Positions 28,342 through 41,107 of a DNA stretch of 64,000 nt are shown in pieces (the first letter of the stretch is position 1; each line of letters begins with the position of its first letter). This DNA comes from Candidatus Puniceispirillales bacterium. Lineage in GTDB: Bacteria; Pseudomonadota; Alphaproteobacteria; Puniceispirillales; UBA1172. The position numbers were made by a program, and so were the translations under genes. The notes beneath the pieces were generated by a model. That model was not told the origin of the DNA. It ran no database searches and saw nothing but the letters and a program-made list of their open reading frames with translations. The stretch is taken from positions 22,019 through 86,018 of the forward strand of contig CBFIAO010000001.1 in the NCBI GenBank assembly GCA_965660595.1. Reading direction: 5' to 3'.

Positions 28342-29367
28342 ATGGGATATAATATTGCTGTAGTAGGCGCCACAGGTGCTGTTGGCCGCGAAATGTTACA
28401 AACATTAGCCGAACGTAATTTCCCGGCTGATAAAGTCTATGCATTGGCCTCTAAAAAATCAGCAGGCCGTGAAATCTCTTATGGTGAAGATAAAGACCTG
28501 ACGGTTGAAGCGCTGGAAAACTTTGATTTCTCAAAAGTTGATATTGCACTGTTTTCTGCGGGCGGTGCTATCTCAAAAGAATACGGGCCAAAGGCTGGTA
28601 GCGCTGGCGCGGTGGTGATCGATAATTCATCTGCCTTCCGTATGGAAGATGATATCCCGCTTATTGTGCCTGAAGTGAACGGTCATGTTGTTGATGCTTT
28701 CTTGAAAGATCAAGACCGCCGCAATATCATTGCGAACCCGAACTGTTCTACTGCCCAGATGGTGGTGGCGCTCAAGCCGCTTCATAAAGAATTTGGCATT
28801 AAGCGTGTTGTTGTTTCAACCTATCAGGCGGTATCTGGTGCGGGTAAGGGCGGCATGGATGAATTGTTCAACCAAACACGTGGTGTTTATGTGAATCAAG
28901 CGGTAACACCAGAAGAATTCACCAAAGAGATTGCATTTAACGCTATCCCGCATATTGACGTATTTCTTGATAATGGCTTCACCAAAGAAGAATGGAAAAT
29001 GACAGAGGAAACTAAGAAAATCCTCGACCCATCCATTGAAGTCGTTGCCCATTGTGTGCGTATTCCCGTATTCATCGGCCATAGTGAAGCGGTGTTCATT
29101 GAATGTGAAAAGCCAATGGATGAAGCTCGTGCGCGTAAAGTGCTTGAAGCTGGTGATGGTGTCGTTGTGGTGGATCACCGTGCCAATGAAGGTTACGTAA
29201 CGCCAAAAGAATGTGCTGGTGAAGACCCTGTCTATGTATCACGCATTCGGCAGGACCATTCAGTTGAAAGTGGCCTTGTTTTTTGGTGTGTTGCTGACAA
29301 CTTACGTAAAGGTGCGGCGCTAAACTCTGTTCAAATCGCAGAAGAATTAGTTAAGCGCGGTCTCTAA
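28342..29367 (+). CDS. asd: Aspartate-semialdehyde dehydrogenase
   Basis: IAVVGATGAVGREM, NPNCSTAQ (catalytic Cys), and CVRIPVFIGHSEA. Confidence 0.93.
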   Translation: MGYNIAVVGATGAVGREMLQTLAERNFPADKVYALASKKSAGREISYGEDKDLTVEALENFDFSKVDIALFSAGGAISKEYGPKAGSAGAVVIDNSSAFRMEDDIPLIVPEVNGHVVDAFLKDQDRRNIIANPNCSTAQMVVALKPLHKEFGIKRVVVSTYQAVSGAGKGGMDELFNQTRGVYVNQAVTPEEFTKEIAFNAIPHIDVFLDNGFTKEEWKMTEETKKILDPSIEVVAHCVRIPVFIGHSEAVFIECEKPMDEARARKVLEAGDGVVVVDHRANEGYVTPKECAGEDPVYVSRIRQDHSVESGLVFWCVADNLRKGAALNSVQIAEELVKRGL

Positions 29368-30212
29368 CCACGTCCACCGCTCAAGACATCGCGAACAATA
29401 CTCAAATCAATATCAATAGCGCCGGTTTGCTGTGCGCTATTGATAATTTGGCGGCTTAACGGCGCTATCTTTTCAAACGCATGACGCCAATCAAGGCCTG
29501 AGAGGCGCGTCCCCATCAACATGGCGGCAAATAAGTCCCCCCCGCCAGACATGCCGCCATTATTTGTTTCGTGGCTTACATCTGTTAATGCGTCATAGGT
29601 GATCATATCATCACCATCAATCCAACAATCGGTTATTCGGCCCGTTTCATGATTATGCCATCCAGTTACGGCAATGCCGCGCAGCCTTGGATATTTAGCC
29701 ATCAATGCATGGCCGGCATCATGTATCTCATCCAGGTTTTTCATTTCATGCCCAGCCAAATGTGAAAACTCAAAGGCATTTGGCGTGATGACTGATGCAA
29801 ACGGCACCAATTTATCAACAATCCCCTTAGCAATATCGTCATCCACATATAATCGGCCATGATCACCAATGGCTGGATCAATAACCACATCGATCTTTTT
29901 ATCATCATGCACAATTTTGCCTAATATATTGGCGACGCTATCAACTTGCTGGCTTCCGGCCATATATCCAGTCATAATGGCATTAATGCTGTGGTCAAAC
30001 CCAAGTGTGAAGATATGGGCTAGTAAATTATCAAAGTCTTCAGGTGTGATTGTGCCGCCGGCACGGTAGCCATGTCCTGGATGCGCAACCAGTTGCACCG
30101 TATCAACCCGCGCAAGATGATGCCCCAACGCTGCCATGACTGCAGATGCCATTGTGTTGCCCACAGCGCCAAAACTAACGGAAGATTGAATGGAAAGAAC
30201 AGATTTCAACAT
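29364..30212 (-). CDS. pdxY: Pyridoxal/pyridoxamine kinase
   Basis: VLSIQSSVSFGAVGNTMA, TGYM, VIDPAIGD, and a GGGDLFAA ribokinase-family anion hole. The stop overlaps the asd stop (CTAA). Confidence 0.8.
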   Translation of the reverse strand: MLKSVLSIQSSVSFGAVGNTMASAVMAALGHHLARVDTVQLVAHPGHGYRAGGTITPEDFDNLLAHIFTLGFDHSINAIMTGYMAGSQQVDSVANILGKIVHDDKKIDVVIDPAIGDHGRLYVDDDIAKGIVDKLVPFASVITPNAFEFSHLAGHEMKNLDEIHDAGHALMAKYPRLRGIAVTGWHNHETGRITDCWIDGDDMITYDALTDVSHETNNGGMSGGGDLFAAMLMGTRLSGLDWRHAFEKIAPLSRQIINSAQQTGAIDIDLSIVRDVLSGGRG

Positions 30213-30298
30213 GTTTTGAGTATATCAGCCCTTCACAAGCATGGGTAAATATTGATAGAAATAATCGCTGTTGCGACATTTTGGATCGTCTCGTCTCA

Positions 30299-30327
30299 TT
30301 GACGTGCGCTCCAGCATAAGCGATAAA
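30299..30327 (+). promoter_or_regulatory. sigma70-like promoter candidate for sdhCDAB (TTGACG - 17 nt - GATAAA)
   Basis: ttgacgtgcgctccagcataagcgataaa, about 30 nt upstream of the sdhC ATG. Confidence 0.3.
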
Positions 30328-30355
30328 TAAATATCACCAAAAAGGAATATGCATT

Positions 30356-30736
30356 ATGGCGAAAGAACGTCCTTTATCGCCCCATCTGATGATTTATAAG
30401 CCGCAATTGACATCGATCATGTCAATCACGCACCGCATCACGGGTGCGGCACTGGCAACAGGCAGTTTGCTTGTTGTGTGGTGGATTGTAGCATTAGCAA
30501 CAGGTCCTGAATATTATGCCTATGTCCAAGGCATATTAACCAGTGTGTTTGGCCAATTGGTTTTGTTTGGTTTTACCGTTGCTGTGTTCTACCATCTCTC
30601 TAACGGCATACGCCATTTGTTTTGGGATTTTGGGTATAACTTATCCATCGAAGGTGTGCGCCGTACGGGTATGATGGTGTTGGTGTCAACGATTGTGCTA
30701 ACCGCAGTGACATGGTCACTTGTGTTGTTGGGTTAA
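30356..30736 (+). CDS. sdhC: Succinate dehydrogenase cytochrome b556 subunit
   Basis: RPLSPHLMIYKPQLTSIMSITHRITG plus three TM helices. Confidence 0.9.
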   Translation: MAKERPLSPHLMIYKPQLTSIMSITHRITGAALATGSLLVVWWIVALATGPEYYAYVQGILTSVFGQLVLFGFTVAVFYHLSNGIRHLFWDFGYNLSIEGVRRTGMMVLVSTIVLTAVTWSLVLLG

Positions 30737-30749
30737 GGGGGATCGATCG

Positions 30750-31136
30750 ATGAAAACAACATCTATGCAAACACCACTTGGTAAAGTCCGCGGACTTGGT
30801 TCTGCGCGTAAAGGTGTGTCACATTGGTGGCTTCAACGCTTAACGGCGATGGGGCTCATTCCATTAGTGATTTATTTGGTGATTGGATTGGTCACCTCAA
30901 TCGGTGCAGACCATGCTGCGGCAATCGCATGGTTGGGCGCACCTTTGAATGCTTCTGCCGCATTACTGTTGTTCGGGGTTGGGTTTTACCACGCCAATCT
31001 AGGACTTCAGGTGATTATTGAAGACTATGTTTCAAATGAGAATCGTCGCCTCCTTGCGCTGGTGGCGGTAAAACTGGGCATGACGGCATTGGCAACATTG
31101 TCCATTTTCAGTGTTCTCTCGATTGCGCTTTCTTAG
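30750..31136 (+). CDS. sdhD: Succinate dehydrogenase membrane anchor subunit
   Basis: [17 protein letters not shown]..., TM helices, and gene position. The track start TTG 30720 overlaps sdhC; ATG 30750 follows AAGGGGGA. Confidence 0.88.
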   Translation: MKTTSMQTPLGKVRGLGSARKGVSHWWLQRLTAMGLIPLVIYLVIGLVTSIGADHAAAIAWLGAPLNASAALLLFGVGFYHANLGLQVIIEDYVSNENRRLLALVAVKLGMTALATLSIFSVLSIALS

Positions 31137-31146
31137 AGGAAAACTC

Positions 31147-32937
31147 ATGTCTGCTTACGAAATCACAGATCATTATCACGATGTTGTTGTCGTTGGTGCT
31201 GGCGGTGCTGGCCTGCGTTCAACATTGGGCATGGCCACAGCAGGGCTGAAAACAGCTTGCTTGACCAAGGTGTTTCCAACACGTAGCCATACGGTGGCTG
31301 CCCAAGGTGGTATTGGTGCCGCGCTGAATAATATGGGTGAAGGTGATAACTGGCGTTATCATATGTATGATACCGTCAAAGGTTCTGACTGGCTTGGTGA
31401 TCAAGACGCTATTGAATATATGTGCCGTAATGCCATCCCATCTGTGATTGAACTCGAACATTATGGGGTGCCATTCTCACGCACCGAAGAAGGCAAGATT
31501 TATCAGCGCCCATTTGGTGGTCATACCCTTGATTATGGCCAATCAATGGCGCGCCGTGCTTGTGCTGCCGCAGACCGGACAGGCCATGCGATTTTGCACA
31601 CGCTGTATCAACAATGCCTTAAGCATCAGGCGGAATTTTTCATTGAATATTTTGCGCTTGATCTGCTGATGGATAATGAAGGTGTTTGCCGTGGTGTGAT
31701 CGCGCTTTGCCTTGAAGACGGCTCAATCCACCGTTTCCATGGCCAGCGCACGGTGCTTGCCACTGGCGGTTATGGCCGTGTCTACTTTTCATGCACATCC
31801 GCACATACCTGCACGGGTGATGGTAACGCCATGGCCCTGCGTGCTGGTCTGCCACTACAAGATATGGAATTTGTTCAATTCCACCCGACTGGTGTTTATG
31901 GCGCAGGTGTATTGATTACCGAAGGTGCGCGCGGTGAAGGCGGTTATCTGACCAATTCCGAAGGTGAGCGTTTCATGGAACGTTACGCCCCAACGGCGAA
32001 AGACTTGGCATCACGTGATGTGGTCAGCCGGGCCATGACAATGGAAATTAATGAAGGTCGCGGTGTTGGCCCGAATAAAGACCATATCATGCTTCACCTT
32101 GAACATATTAATCCAGAGACCTTGGCCGAACGTCTGCCAGGGATCACAGAAACCGCCAAAATTTTCTGCGGTGTTGATGTCACAAAGGAACCAATTCCTG
32201 TGCTGCCAACCGTGCATTACAACATGGGCGGTATCCCAACTAATTATCACGGTGAAGTATTGTCCCCGACCAAAGATGACCCGAACCGTGTCGCCCCTGG
32301 CCTGATGGCAATTGGTGAAGCGGCTTGTGTATCTGTTCATGGTGCGAACCGTCTGGGCACGAATTCACTTCTTGATATTGTCGTGTTTGGCCGTGCAGCT
32401 GCATATCGTGCGGCGGCAACGGTTGAACCTGGTGCAGCACATGCGCCAGTGCCTGAACATGCGACAGAAAAAGCCTTGGCACGTCTTGATAAGATGCGTT
32501 ACGCAAAGGGCAGCGTCACTGCCAGCGAAATTCGCGGGGCAATGCAGGAAGCCATGCAACGTCATGCAGCTGTGTTCCGGTCCAGCACGTCCTTAACCGA
32601 AGGCACAGAAAAGATGGACCAAGTTGCGGCACGCATGTCCGATATTGGCATCACTGACCATTCGATGATCTGGAACACAGACCTCGTCGAAGCGCTTGAA
32701 CTTGATAACCTTATGTCGCAGGCATTGATCACGATGCGTTCTGCTGAACAACGCCTGGAATCGCGTGGCGCGCATGCTCATGAAGATTTCCCTGATCGTG
32801 ATGATCAGGAATGGATGAAGCATACCGTGATGTGGCTTAATGGCGACAATGCATCTGAACTTGGCTATCGTCCAGTACATATGAACACATTGACCAACGA
32901 AGTGGAACCGGTACCACCGGTTGCGCGTGTCTACTAA
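31147..32937 (+). CDS. sdhA: Succinate dehydrogenase flavoprotein subunit
   Basis: [22 protein letters not shown] (FAD-linked His), FHPTG and HGANRLG. The track start is 31111; ATG 31147 follows AGAGGA. Confidence 0.96.
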   Translation: MSAYEITDHYHDVVVVGAGGAGLRSTLGMATAGLKTACLTKVFPTRSHTVAAQGGIGAALNNMGEGDNWRYHMYDTVKGSDWLGDQDAIEYMCRNAIPSVIELEHYGVPFSRTEEGKIYQRPFGGHTLDYGQSMARRACAAADRTGHAILHTLYQQCLKHQAEFFIEYFALDLLMDNEGVCRGVIALCLEDGSIHRFHGQRTVLATGGYGRVYFSCTSAHTCTGDGNAMALRAGLPLQDMEFVQFHPTGVYGAGVLITEGARGEGGYLTNSEGERFMERYAPTAKDLASRDVVSRAMTMEINEGRGVGPNKDHIMLHLEHINPETLAERLPGITETAKIFCGVDVTKEPIPVLPTVHYNMGGIPTNYHGEVLSPTKDDPNRVAPGLMAIGEAACVSVHGANRLGTNSLLDIVVFGRAAAYRAAATVEPGAAHAPVPEHATEKALARLDKMRYAKGSVTASEIRGAMQEAMQRHAAVFRSSTSLTEGTEKMDQVAARMSDIGITDHSMIWNTDLVEALELDNLMSQALITMRSAEQRLESRGAHAHEDFPDRDDQEWMKHTVMWLNGDNASELGYRPVHMNTLTNEVEPVPPVARVY

Positions 32938-32948
32938 GGGATAAAATT

Positions 32949-33728
32949 ATGGCTGAATTTGCACTGCCTCAAAATTCCAAAGTCCAAAAGGGTAAAATCC
33001 ACCCAAAGCCGGAAGGTGCGGTCAAAACAAAGACCTTTAATATCTACCGTTGGTCGCCTGATGATGACGCCAATCCGCGCGTTGATTCGTACACGATTGA
33101 TCTTGAACAATGTGGCCCAATGGTGTTGGACGCGTTGATCAAAATCAAAGGTGAAACCGACAGCTCATTGACGTTTCGCCGGTCATGCCGTGAAGGTATC
33201 TGTGGCTCATGCTCTATGAATATTGATGGCACAAACACACTGGCCTGTTTGAAATCAATTGATGATGTAAAGGGTGATGTTGATATTTATCCGTTGCCGC
33301 ATATGCCAGTAATCAAGGACCTTGTGCCTGACCTCAGTCATGCTTATGCCCAGCTGGCTTCTATCGAACCATGGATAAAAACTGAAACCCCCGCGCCAGA
33401 AGGTGAAGAACGTCTTCAAAGCCCAGAAGAACGTGAAGAAATTGACGGTCTGTGGGAATGTGTGCTGTGTTTCAGCTGTTCAACATCTTGCCCAAGCTAT
33501 TGGTGGAATGGTGATAAATATCTTGGCCCGGCCGTATTGCTTCAGGCATATCGCTGGATTGCTGATAGCCGAGATGAACATACAGGTGAACGTCTGGATG
33601 CCCTTGAAGACCCGTTCCGTCTTTACCGTTGTCATACCATCATGAATTGTACCCAGACCTGTCCAAAAGGGCTTAATCCGGGCAAAGCAATTGCAGAAAT
33701 TAAAAAACTTCAGCTTGAACGTCAGTAA
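32949..33728 (+). CDS. sdhB: Succinate dehydrogenase iron-sulfur subunit
   Basis: Three Cys clusters: [27 protein letters not shown] and [12 protein letters not shown]. Confidence 0.96.
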   Translation: MAEFALPQNSKVQKGKIHPKPEGAVKTKTFNIYRWSPDDDANPRVDSYTIDLEQCGPMVLDALIKIKGETDSSLTFRRSCREGICGSCSMNIDGTNTLACLKSIDDVKGDVDIYPLPHMPVIKDLVPDLSHAYAQLASIEPWIKTETPAPEGEERLQSPEEREEIDGLWECVLCFSCSTSCPSYWWNGDKYLGPAVLLQAYRWIADSRDEHTGERLDALEDPFRLYRCHTIMNCTQTCPKGLNPGKAIAEIKKLQLERQ

Positions 33729-33754
33729 TAAGGCGCAAGGAAAAATGATTTGAT

Positions 33755-33792
33755 AAAAAGGGACATCCACCATCAAGGCTGTCCCTTTTTTA
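33755..33792 (+). terminator. Rho-independent (A-tract/T-tract flanked) terminator after sdhB
   Basis: aaaaAGGGACA-tccaccatcaaggc-TGTCCCTttttttatt. Confidence 0.65.
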
Positions 33793-33814
33793 TTGGCTGC
33801 TATGCCGGATAAAG

Positions 33815-34873
33815 ATGACTGATACAATCAATAAACATTACACTGCGCGTATTGCTTCTGGTCAGCTCACTGCGGATGCGCCGCAACATGCTGTTGTCGC
33901 TAAGCTAGATGATCTCCTTACACGTTTAAAACAATCCAAAAGAGGTTTTTTGGGCATTGGCCGGACGCCGCCACCAATTGGGCTTTATCTATGGGGCGGG
34001 GTTGGTCGCGGCAAATCCATGTTGATGGATATGTTTGCAGATGCAGCGCGCGCAGATGGTATCACCACCGCACGCCTTCATTTTCATGATTTTATGGCCG
34101 CAGTGCATGACAAAATTCATGACCCTTCGATTACCCAAAAGAAAGATCCTGCTCGGCATGTTGTATCTGCCATTACTGGCGGGGCGCAGCTTATCTGTTT
34201 TGATGAAATGGAAGTCCGCGATATTGCAGATGCGATGATCATCGCACGCGTGATGCAGGTTTTTTTTGATGATGGCGGGGTGTTGGTGGCAACATCAAAT
34301 CGTCATCCCGATGACTTATATTTGAATGGGCTTCATCGCGAACGCTTTTTGCCATTCATTGACCTGTTGAAAGAAAAGACAGCGCAACATGAAATGGTCA
34401 GCCCAACAGATTGGCGACAACGCGTATTATCAGGAATGCCGTCATGGTTTGCACCAGATAATGCTGAAAATAGGCAGCATTTAAATGATGTGTTTACACG
34501 CCTGACTAATGATGAACCGCAAGCACCGATCACGGTAACTGTTGCCGGACGCCACATTACAATTGATCACACAGCAGGTAATATTGGCCTCACCAGCTTT
34601 GATGATTTATGTGCACGGCCGTTGGCCGCCCGTGATTATATTGCACTTGCTGACCGCTTCACCGGCATGATCATCCATGGCGTGCCGCAATTTACCGAAG
34701 AATTAAGGAATGAATCGCGGCGTTTTATGTGGCTGGTTGATGCCTTTTATGATCGTGGCCGTTTTCTTGTCTGTGCGGCGGCGCAGCCATTAGATGATAT
34801 CTATATTGGCACATCATGGGCGCATGAGTTTCCTCGGACGAGGTCGCGACTGACGGAAATGACAAAAATATAA
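33815..34873 (+). CDS. zapE: AFG1/ZapE-family ATPase
   Basis: Walker A LWGGVGRGKSMLMD, Walker B LICFDEMEV, and the usual position next to sdh/mdh. Confidence 0.85.
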   Translation: MTDTINKHYTARIASGQLTADAPQHAVVAKLDDLLTRLKQSKRGFLGIGRTPPPIGLYLWGGVGRGKSMLMDMFADAARADGITTARLHFHDFMAAVHDKIHDPSITQKKDPARHVVSAITGGAQLICFDEMEVRDIADAMIIARVMQVFFDDGGVLVATSNRHPDDLYLNGLHRERFLPFIDLLKEKTAQHEMVSPTDWRQRVLSGMPSWFAPDNAENRQHLNDVFTRLTNDEPQAPITVTVAGRHITIDHTAGNIGLTSFDDLCARPLAARDYIALADRFTGMIIHGVPQFTEELRNESRRFMWLVDAFYDRGRFLVCAAAQPLDDIYIGTSWAHEFPRTRSRLTEMTKI

Positions 34874-35045
34874 CCGCTCACAAGCTAATTTTGCTTGAGA
34901 AAAATAGGCGTTTAGGCTATGAAATCGACGTGGGGAAAGGCCCGAATGGGCGCATTATTAATCAAAATTTTTGGATCGTTGATGCTTCCATGTCCCCCCG
35001 GGTCAAGATGTCTCCATGCGCAAAATTGCACTTATGTTGAATTGA

Positions 35046-36014
<969 letters not shown>

Positions 36015-36037
36015 TTTTTTTCATTAGGGGATAGATC

Positions 36038-37204
36038 ATGAACATTCATGAACATCAGGCAAAAGCACTTCTCGCAGGCTATGGGGTAACTACCTTAGCC
36101 GGCAAACCTGCTTTTACTGTAGATGAGGCGGTTGATGCCGCCAAAGAAATTGGCGGCCCTGTTTGGGTCGTGAAGGCTCAAATTCACGCAGGTGGCCGCG
36201 GTAAAGCTGGCGGTGTTAAAGTTGTAAAAAGCATCGATGAAGTTAAAGATGTAGCGACTGAGCTTCTGGGCAAAACATTAGTGACACCACAAACGGGTGC
36301 TGAAGGCCGTGTAGTTCGCCGTCTATATATTGAAGATGGCTGTAACATCGCACGTGAACTTTATCTGTCACTGTTGGTCGACCGTGCGGCGAGCCAGGTC
36401 ACAGTTATTGCATCCACTGAAGGCGGGATGGATATTGAAGAAGTTGCAGCCGAAACACCGGAAAAAATCCTGACGCTGCCGATTGACCCGGCAACAGGTC
36501 TTCAAGCGCATCATGCACGTCGTATCGCAGCAGCATTGGAATTGTCTGGTGATACTGCGAAAAAGGCGATGGGTTTTCTAAATGGTCTTTACGCGGCCTT
36601 TACCTGTCTTGATGCATCATTGCTTGAGATTAACCCGCTTGTGGTGACGGGTGATGGTGACTTGGTTGCACTTGATGCCAAGATGGGCTTTGATGACAAT
36701 GCGCTGTATCGTCAAAACGATGTGATGTCGATGCGTGATGAACATGAAGAAGATCCAGCTGAAATTGAAGCCTCAAAATATGACCTCAGCTACATCAAGC
36801 TGGATGGTACTATCGGCTGTATGGTTAATGGTGCAGGTCTTGCAATGGCAACACTTGATATCATTAAGCTTGAAGGCGGTGAACCAGCCAACTTCCTTGA
36901 TGTTGGTGGTGGGGCAACAAAAGAAAAAGTAACACAAGCATTTAAGATCATTCTTTCTGATCCAGGCGTAGAAGGTATTCTGGTGAATATCTTTGGTGGG
37001 ATTATGCGGTGCGATATTATTGCTGAAGGCGTGGTTGCTGCTGCACGCGAATTGGGCCTTGAAAAGCCATTGGTTGTGCGCTTAGCGGGGACCAATGTCG
37101 ATGAAGGAAAAACAATCATGAAAGAAAGCGGCTTGCAGATCATTCCGGCGGATACATTGGCCGAAGCTGCAAAGAAAATTGTTGCTGCAGTTAAGGGGGC
37201 TTAA
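36038..37204 (+). CDS. sucC: Succinyl-CoA ligase (ADP-forming) beta subunit
   Basis: [28 protein letters not shown], and [10 protein letters not shown]. Confidence 0.96.
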   Translation: MNIHEHQAKALLAGYGVTTLAGKPAFTVDEAVDAAKEIGGPVWVVKAQIHAGGRGKAGGVKVVKSIDEVKDVATELLGKTLVTPQTGAEGRVVRRLYIEDGCNIARELYLSLLVDRAASQVTVIASTEGGMDIEEVAAETPEKILTLPIDPATGLQAHHARRIAAALELSGDTAKKAMGFLNGLYAAFTCLDASLLEINPLVVTGDGDLVALDAKMGFDDNALYRQNDVMSMRDEHEEDPAEIEASKYDLSYIKLDGTIGCMVNGAGLAMATLDIIKLEGGEPANFLDVGGGATKEKVTQAFKIILSDPGVEGILVNIFGGIMRCDIIAEGVVAAARELGLEKPLVVRLAGTNVDEGKTIMKESGLQIIPADTLAEAAKKIVAAVKGA

Positions 37205-37207
37205 GTC

Positions 37208-38086
37208 ATGTCTGTACTGATTAATGCTGATACACGTGTGATTTGTCAGGGCTTTACCGGCGCGCAAGGCACATTTCATTCTGAACAAGCGATTGCTTAT
37301 GGCACAAAAATGGTTGGTGGCGTAACGCCCGGTAAGGGCGGGATGAAACATCTTGATCTGCCAGTGTTTAATACGGTTGCTGATGCGGTATCTGAAACAG
37401 GTGCGGATGCATCTGTTATCTATGTGCCGCCACCATTTGCGGCAGACTCAATCCTTGAAGCTATTACCGCAGAAGTCCCATTGGTGATCTGCATCACCGA
37501 AGGTATTCCAGTCATGGATATGGTGCGTGTTAAGCGTGCGCTTCAAGGCTCTGCCACACGCTTGATTGGCCCAAACTGCCCAGGTGTTATTACGCCGGGT
37601 GAATGTAAGATCGGGATTATGCCAGGTCATATTCATACGCGCGGCAAGATTGGTATTGTCTCGCGTTCTGGCACATTGACTTATGAAGCTGTTGATCAAA
37701 CAACTGCTATTGGTCTTGGCCAAACAACATGTATTGGTATTGGTGGTGACCCCGTCAACGGCACCAACTTTATTGATTGTCTTAACATGTTCCTTGACGA
37801 TGATGAAACCGAAGCCATCCTAATGATTGGTGAAATTGGTGGTTCAGACGAAGAGGAAGCCGCAGCGTTCTACAAGGCGCATGCCAATAAAAAACCTATT
37901 GCTGGTTTTATTGCTGGCCGTACAGCGCCACCAGGTCGACGTATGGGTCATGCTGGGGCAATTGTTTCTGGGGGCAGTGGCGGTGCTGATGACAAAATCA
38001 ACGCAATGGAAGACGCAGGTTTTGTCATGTCATCATCACCATCAGGTCTAGGTGAGGCTGTTCAGGCAGCGATAACAAACTTCTAA
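37208..38086 (+). CDS. sucD: Succinyl-CoA ligase alpha subunit
   Basis: [23 protein letters not shown], and RRMGHAGAI (phospho-His). Confidence 0.96.
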   Translation: MSVLINADTRVICQGFTGAQGTFHSEQAIAYGTKMVGGVTPGKGGMKHLDLPVFNTVADAVSETGADASVIYVPPPFAADSILEAITAEVPLVICITEGIPVMDMVRVKRALQGSATRLIGPNCPGVITPGECKIGIMPGHIHTRGKIGIVSRSGTLTYEAVDQTTAIGLGQTTCIGIGGDPVNGTNFIDCLNMFLDDDETEAILMIGEIGGSDEEEAAAFYKAHANKKPIAGFIAGRTAPPGRRMGHAGAIVSGGSGGADDKINAMEDAGFVMSSSPSGLGEAVQAAITNF

Positions 38087-38093
38087 TTTTTAC

Positions 38094-38119
38094 ATGGTCA
38101 ACCCTTGCGGGTTGACCAT
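38094..38119 (+). other. Perfect 11-bp stem-loop between sucD and sucA
   Basis: ATGGTCAACCC-ttgc-GGGTTGACCAT, then ttcccgattt. It could be a partial terminator or an mRNA-processing/stability element. Confidence 0.5.
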
Positions 38120-38177
38120 TTCCCGATTTATAATTTCTCACCATAAGGTGGCCCAACTGGGCGGGGGAACTTAAAAA

Positions 38178-41048
38178 ATGGATAGTCATCATTCTGAAGA
38201 CGATTTCCTTTCCGGCGCAAACGCCGTATTTATTGCAGAACTTCAGCAGCGCTGGCGATTAAACCCAGATCAGGTTTCGTCAGAATGGGCCGCATGGTTT
38301 GAACGTTTAGACCGTGTCGAAGGTGGTCAGGCAGGCAGTGATGCTCAGCCTGATTGGGCCAAATCACCATCACAAGTAATCGGTGTTGATGCGGCAGAAA
38401 AGGCAGGCGCTATTCCTGCTGCAAACTCACAAGATATTCGTGCTGCCACACTTGATTCGATCCGCGCAATCATGTTGATCCGCGCATATCGTATCCGTGG
38501 TCACTTGATGGCAAATCTCGACCCGCTGAACTTGGGCGAAAAAGTTCCGCATCCTGAATTAGACCCAGCCACCTATGGTTTCACGGATGCAGATATGGAT
38601 CGCCCAATCTTCATCAATTTTGTGTTGGGGCTTGAAATTGCCACGTTACGTGAAATTCTCTCTATCGTGCATGATACATATTGCAACACGATTGGTGTTG
38701 AATTTATGCATATTCAGGACCCTGATCAAAAAGCATGGATTCAAGAACGTATCGAAGCCATTCGTAACCAAACTGAATTTACAAAACGCGGCAAGATGAC
38801 GATTTATGAACGTCTTGTTTCAGCTGAAAATTTTGAACAATATCTGCACCGCAAATATGTTGGCACAAAACGCTTTGGTCTTGACGGTGGTGAAGCTGTT
38901 ATTCCTGCGCTTGAGCAGATCTTAAAGCGCGGCTCCCAACTTGGCATGAAAGAATGCGTGGTGGCGATGTCGCATCGCGGGCGTCTTAACGTCCTCCATA
39001 ACGTATTGGCAAAACCATTTCGTGCGATCATTTCTGAATTTCTTGGCAACCCTGCCAATCCAGAAGAGGCAGGTGGTTCAGGTGATGTAAAATATCATAT
39101 GGGGAACTCTGCAGACCGTGAATTTGATGGTCAAGAAGTTCACCTCACACTGAACGCTAATCCGTCACATCTTGAGGTTGTTAATCCTGTGGCGATTGGC
39201 CGTACACGTGCGAAACAGTTTCAGCGAAATGATGAAGATCGCACCTCAGTGATGAGCTTAGCCATCCACGGTGATGCTGCGTTTGCTGGACAAGGCATTG
39301 TTGCGGAAACATTCGCATTCTCTGCGTTACGTGGTTATCGCACGGGCGGCACCATTCATATGATCGTGAATAACCAGATTGGTTTTACAACAGACCCTGC
39401 TTATTCACGTTCATCACCATATCCGACCGATGTCGCAAAAATGGTAATGGCGCCGATCTTCCATGTGAATTGTGATGATGTTGAAGCCGTCATCCATGTC
39501 TGCCGTATCGCAACAGAATTCCGTCAACAATTTAAGACTGATGTTATTCTTGACCTGATTTGCTACCGCAGATTTGGCCATAACGAGGGTGATGAGCCAT
39601 CATTCACGCAGCCGGTGATGTATTCCACTATCAAATCACATCAAACTGTTCGCAAGATTTATGCTGAAAAGTTGATTAGTGAAGGCACCATGACCGACGC
39701 TGAAGCCAATGAAATCGTGGCGGCAAATCTTGCTTATCTTGATGAAGAGTTTGAAGCAGGCACCAGCTATAAGCCTAATAAAGCCGACTGGCTTGAGGGT
39801 AAATGGTCTAACCTTAGGGCTGCTCATGGTGAAGATCGCCGCGGTGAAACCTCCATCACCAAAGAACAAGTCGCGCTGGTGGCTAACGCCATGACAACGG
39901 TACCTGATGGCATCAATATCCATTCTAAATTGCAACGTGTTATTGATACACGCAAAAAAGCACTTGAGACTGGTGAAAATATTGACTGGGCGACGGCTGA
40001 ACAGCTTGCCTTTGGCACGCTCCTCTTGGAAGGTCATCCTGTAAGATTGTCTGGCCAAGATTCATGCCGGGGCACCTTTTCTCAACGTCATGCAGTGTTT
40101 GTTGACCAACATAACGGCAACCGCCATGTCGCCCTTAATGCGATGACTAAAGATCAGGCGATGTTTGAAGTAATAGACTCGCCACTTTCAGAAGCCTCAG
40201 TACTTGGTTTTGAATATGGCTATTCACAAGCTGAACCAAATGCATTGGTGATGTGGGAAGCTCAATTTGGTGATTTTGCAAACGGCGCGCAAGTGATTGT
40301 CGATCAGTTCATTTCATCTGGTGAAGCTAAATGGCTGCGCATGTCAGGCTTAGTGCTGCTGCTGCCGCATGGTCATGAAGGCCAAGGCCCTGAACATTCA
40401 TCAGCACGCCTTGAACGTTACCTGCAGCTCTGTGCCGAAGATAATATGCAAGTTGTTAATTGCTCAACTCCTGCCAATTACTTCCATGTGTTGCGTCGTC
40501 AGCAAAAGCGTGATTTCCGTAAACCCTTGATTGTCATGACGCCAAAATCATTACTGCGTCATAAGCGATGCGTGTCGTCTATTGACGACATGCTTGATGG
40601 ACAGACATTTCACCGTGTTATTGAAGAACATGATCGTAAAATTGCCAAAAAGGCAGCGCGCATCGTGATCTGTTCAGGCAAAGTATATTTTGACTTGCTA
40701 GAAGAACGCGAAAAGCGCGGGATTGAAAATATTTCCATCATTCGATTGGAACAAATCTATCCATTCCCACATCGCACCTTAAAGCGCGTCTTAGAAGAGC
40801 GCCCTGATGCTGAAGTGGTTTGGTGTCAAGAAGAGCCTAAAAATATGGGCAGTTGGTTCTTTGTAGACCGCCGCATCGAAGCTGTGATGGAAGATGTCGG
40901 GGGTGCATATCGTCGACCGCGCTATATAGGCCGTCAAGAGGCAGCGTCACCTGCAACAGGCAGCATGTCACGGCATATTCAAGAGCAAAATACATTGGTT
41001 GCGGAAGCATTGGACCTTAAAGGGTCAATGGACCGTGCCGCTGAATAA
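38178..41048 (+). CDS. sucA: 2-oxoglutarate dehydrogenase E1 component
   Basis: 956 aa with FLSGANAVFIAEL and HRGRLNVL, ThDP-binding region GDAAFAGQG, and LLLPHGHEGQGPEHSSARLERYLQL. Confidence 0.96.
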   Translation: MDSHHSEDDFLSGANAVFIAELQQRWRLNPDQVSSEWAAWFERLDRVEGGQAGSDAQPDWAKSPSQVIGVDAAEKAGAIPAANSQDIRAATLDSIRAIMLIRAYRIRGHLMANLDPLNLGEKVPHPELDPATYGFTDADMDRPIFINFVLGLEIATLREILSIVHDTYCNTIGVEFMHIQDPDQKAWIQERIEAIRNQTEFTKRGKMTIYERLVSAENFEQYLHRKYVGTKRFGLDGGEAVIPALEQILKRGSQLGMKECVVAMSHRGRLNVLHNVLAKPFRAIISEFLGNPANPEEAGGSGDVKYHMGNSADREFDGQEVHLTLNANPSHLEVVNPVAIGRTRAKQFQRNDEDRTSVMSLAIHGDAAFAGQGIVAETFAFSALRGYRTGGTIHMIVNNQIGFTTDPAYSRSSPYPTDVAKMVMAPIFHVNCDDVEAVIHVCRIATEFRQQFKTDVILDLICYRRFGHNEGDEPSFTQPVMYSTIKSHQTVRKIYAEKLISEGTMTDAEANEIVAANLAYLDEEFEAGTSYKPNKADWLEGKWSNLRAAHGEDRRGETSITKEQVALVANAMTTVPDGINIHSKLQRVIDTRKKALETGENIDWATAEQLAFGTLLLEGHPVRLSGQDSCRGTFSQRHAVFVDQHNGNRHVALNAMTKDQAMFEVIDSPLSEASVLGFEYGYSQAEPNALVMWEAQFGDFANGAQVIVDQFISSGEAKWLRMSGLVLLLPHGHEGQGPEHSSARLERYLQLCAEDNMQVVNCSTPANYFHVLRRQQKRDFRKPLIVMTPKSLLRHKRCVSSIDDMLDGQTFHRVIEEHDRKIAKKAARIVICSGKVYFDLLEEREKRGIENISIIRLEQIYPFPHRTLKRVLEERPDAEVVWCQEEPKNMGSWFFVDRRIEAVMEDVGGAYRRPRYIGRQEAASPATGSMSRHIQEQNTLVAEALDLKGSMDRAAE

Positions 41049-41107
41049 TCCAAAAACACTTCTGGGTTATCATTAATTAAAATTAGAATCGCAAACGGGA
41101 CAACACT

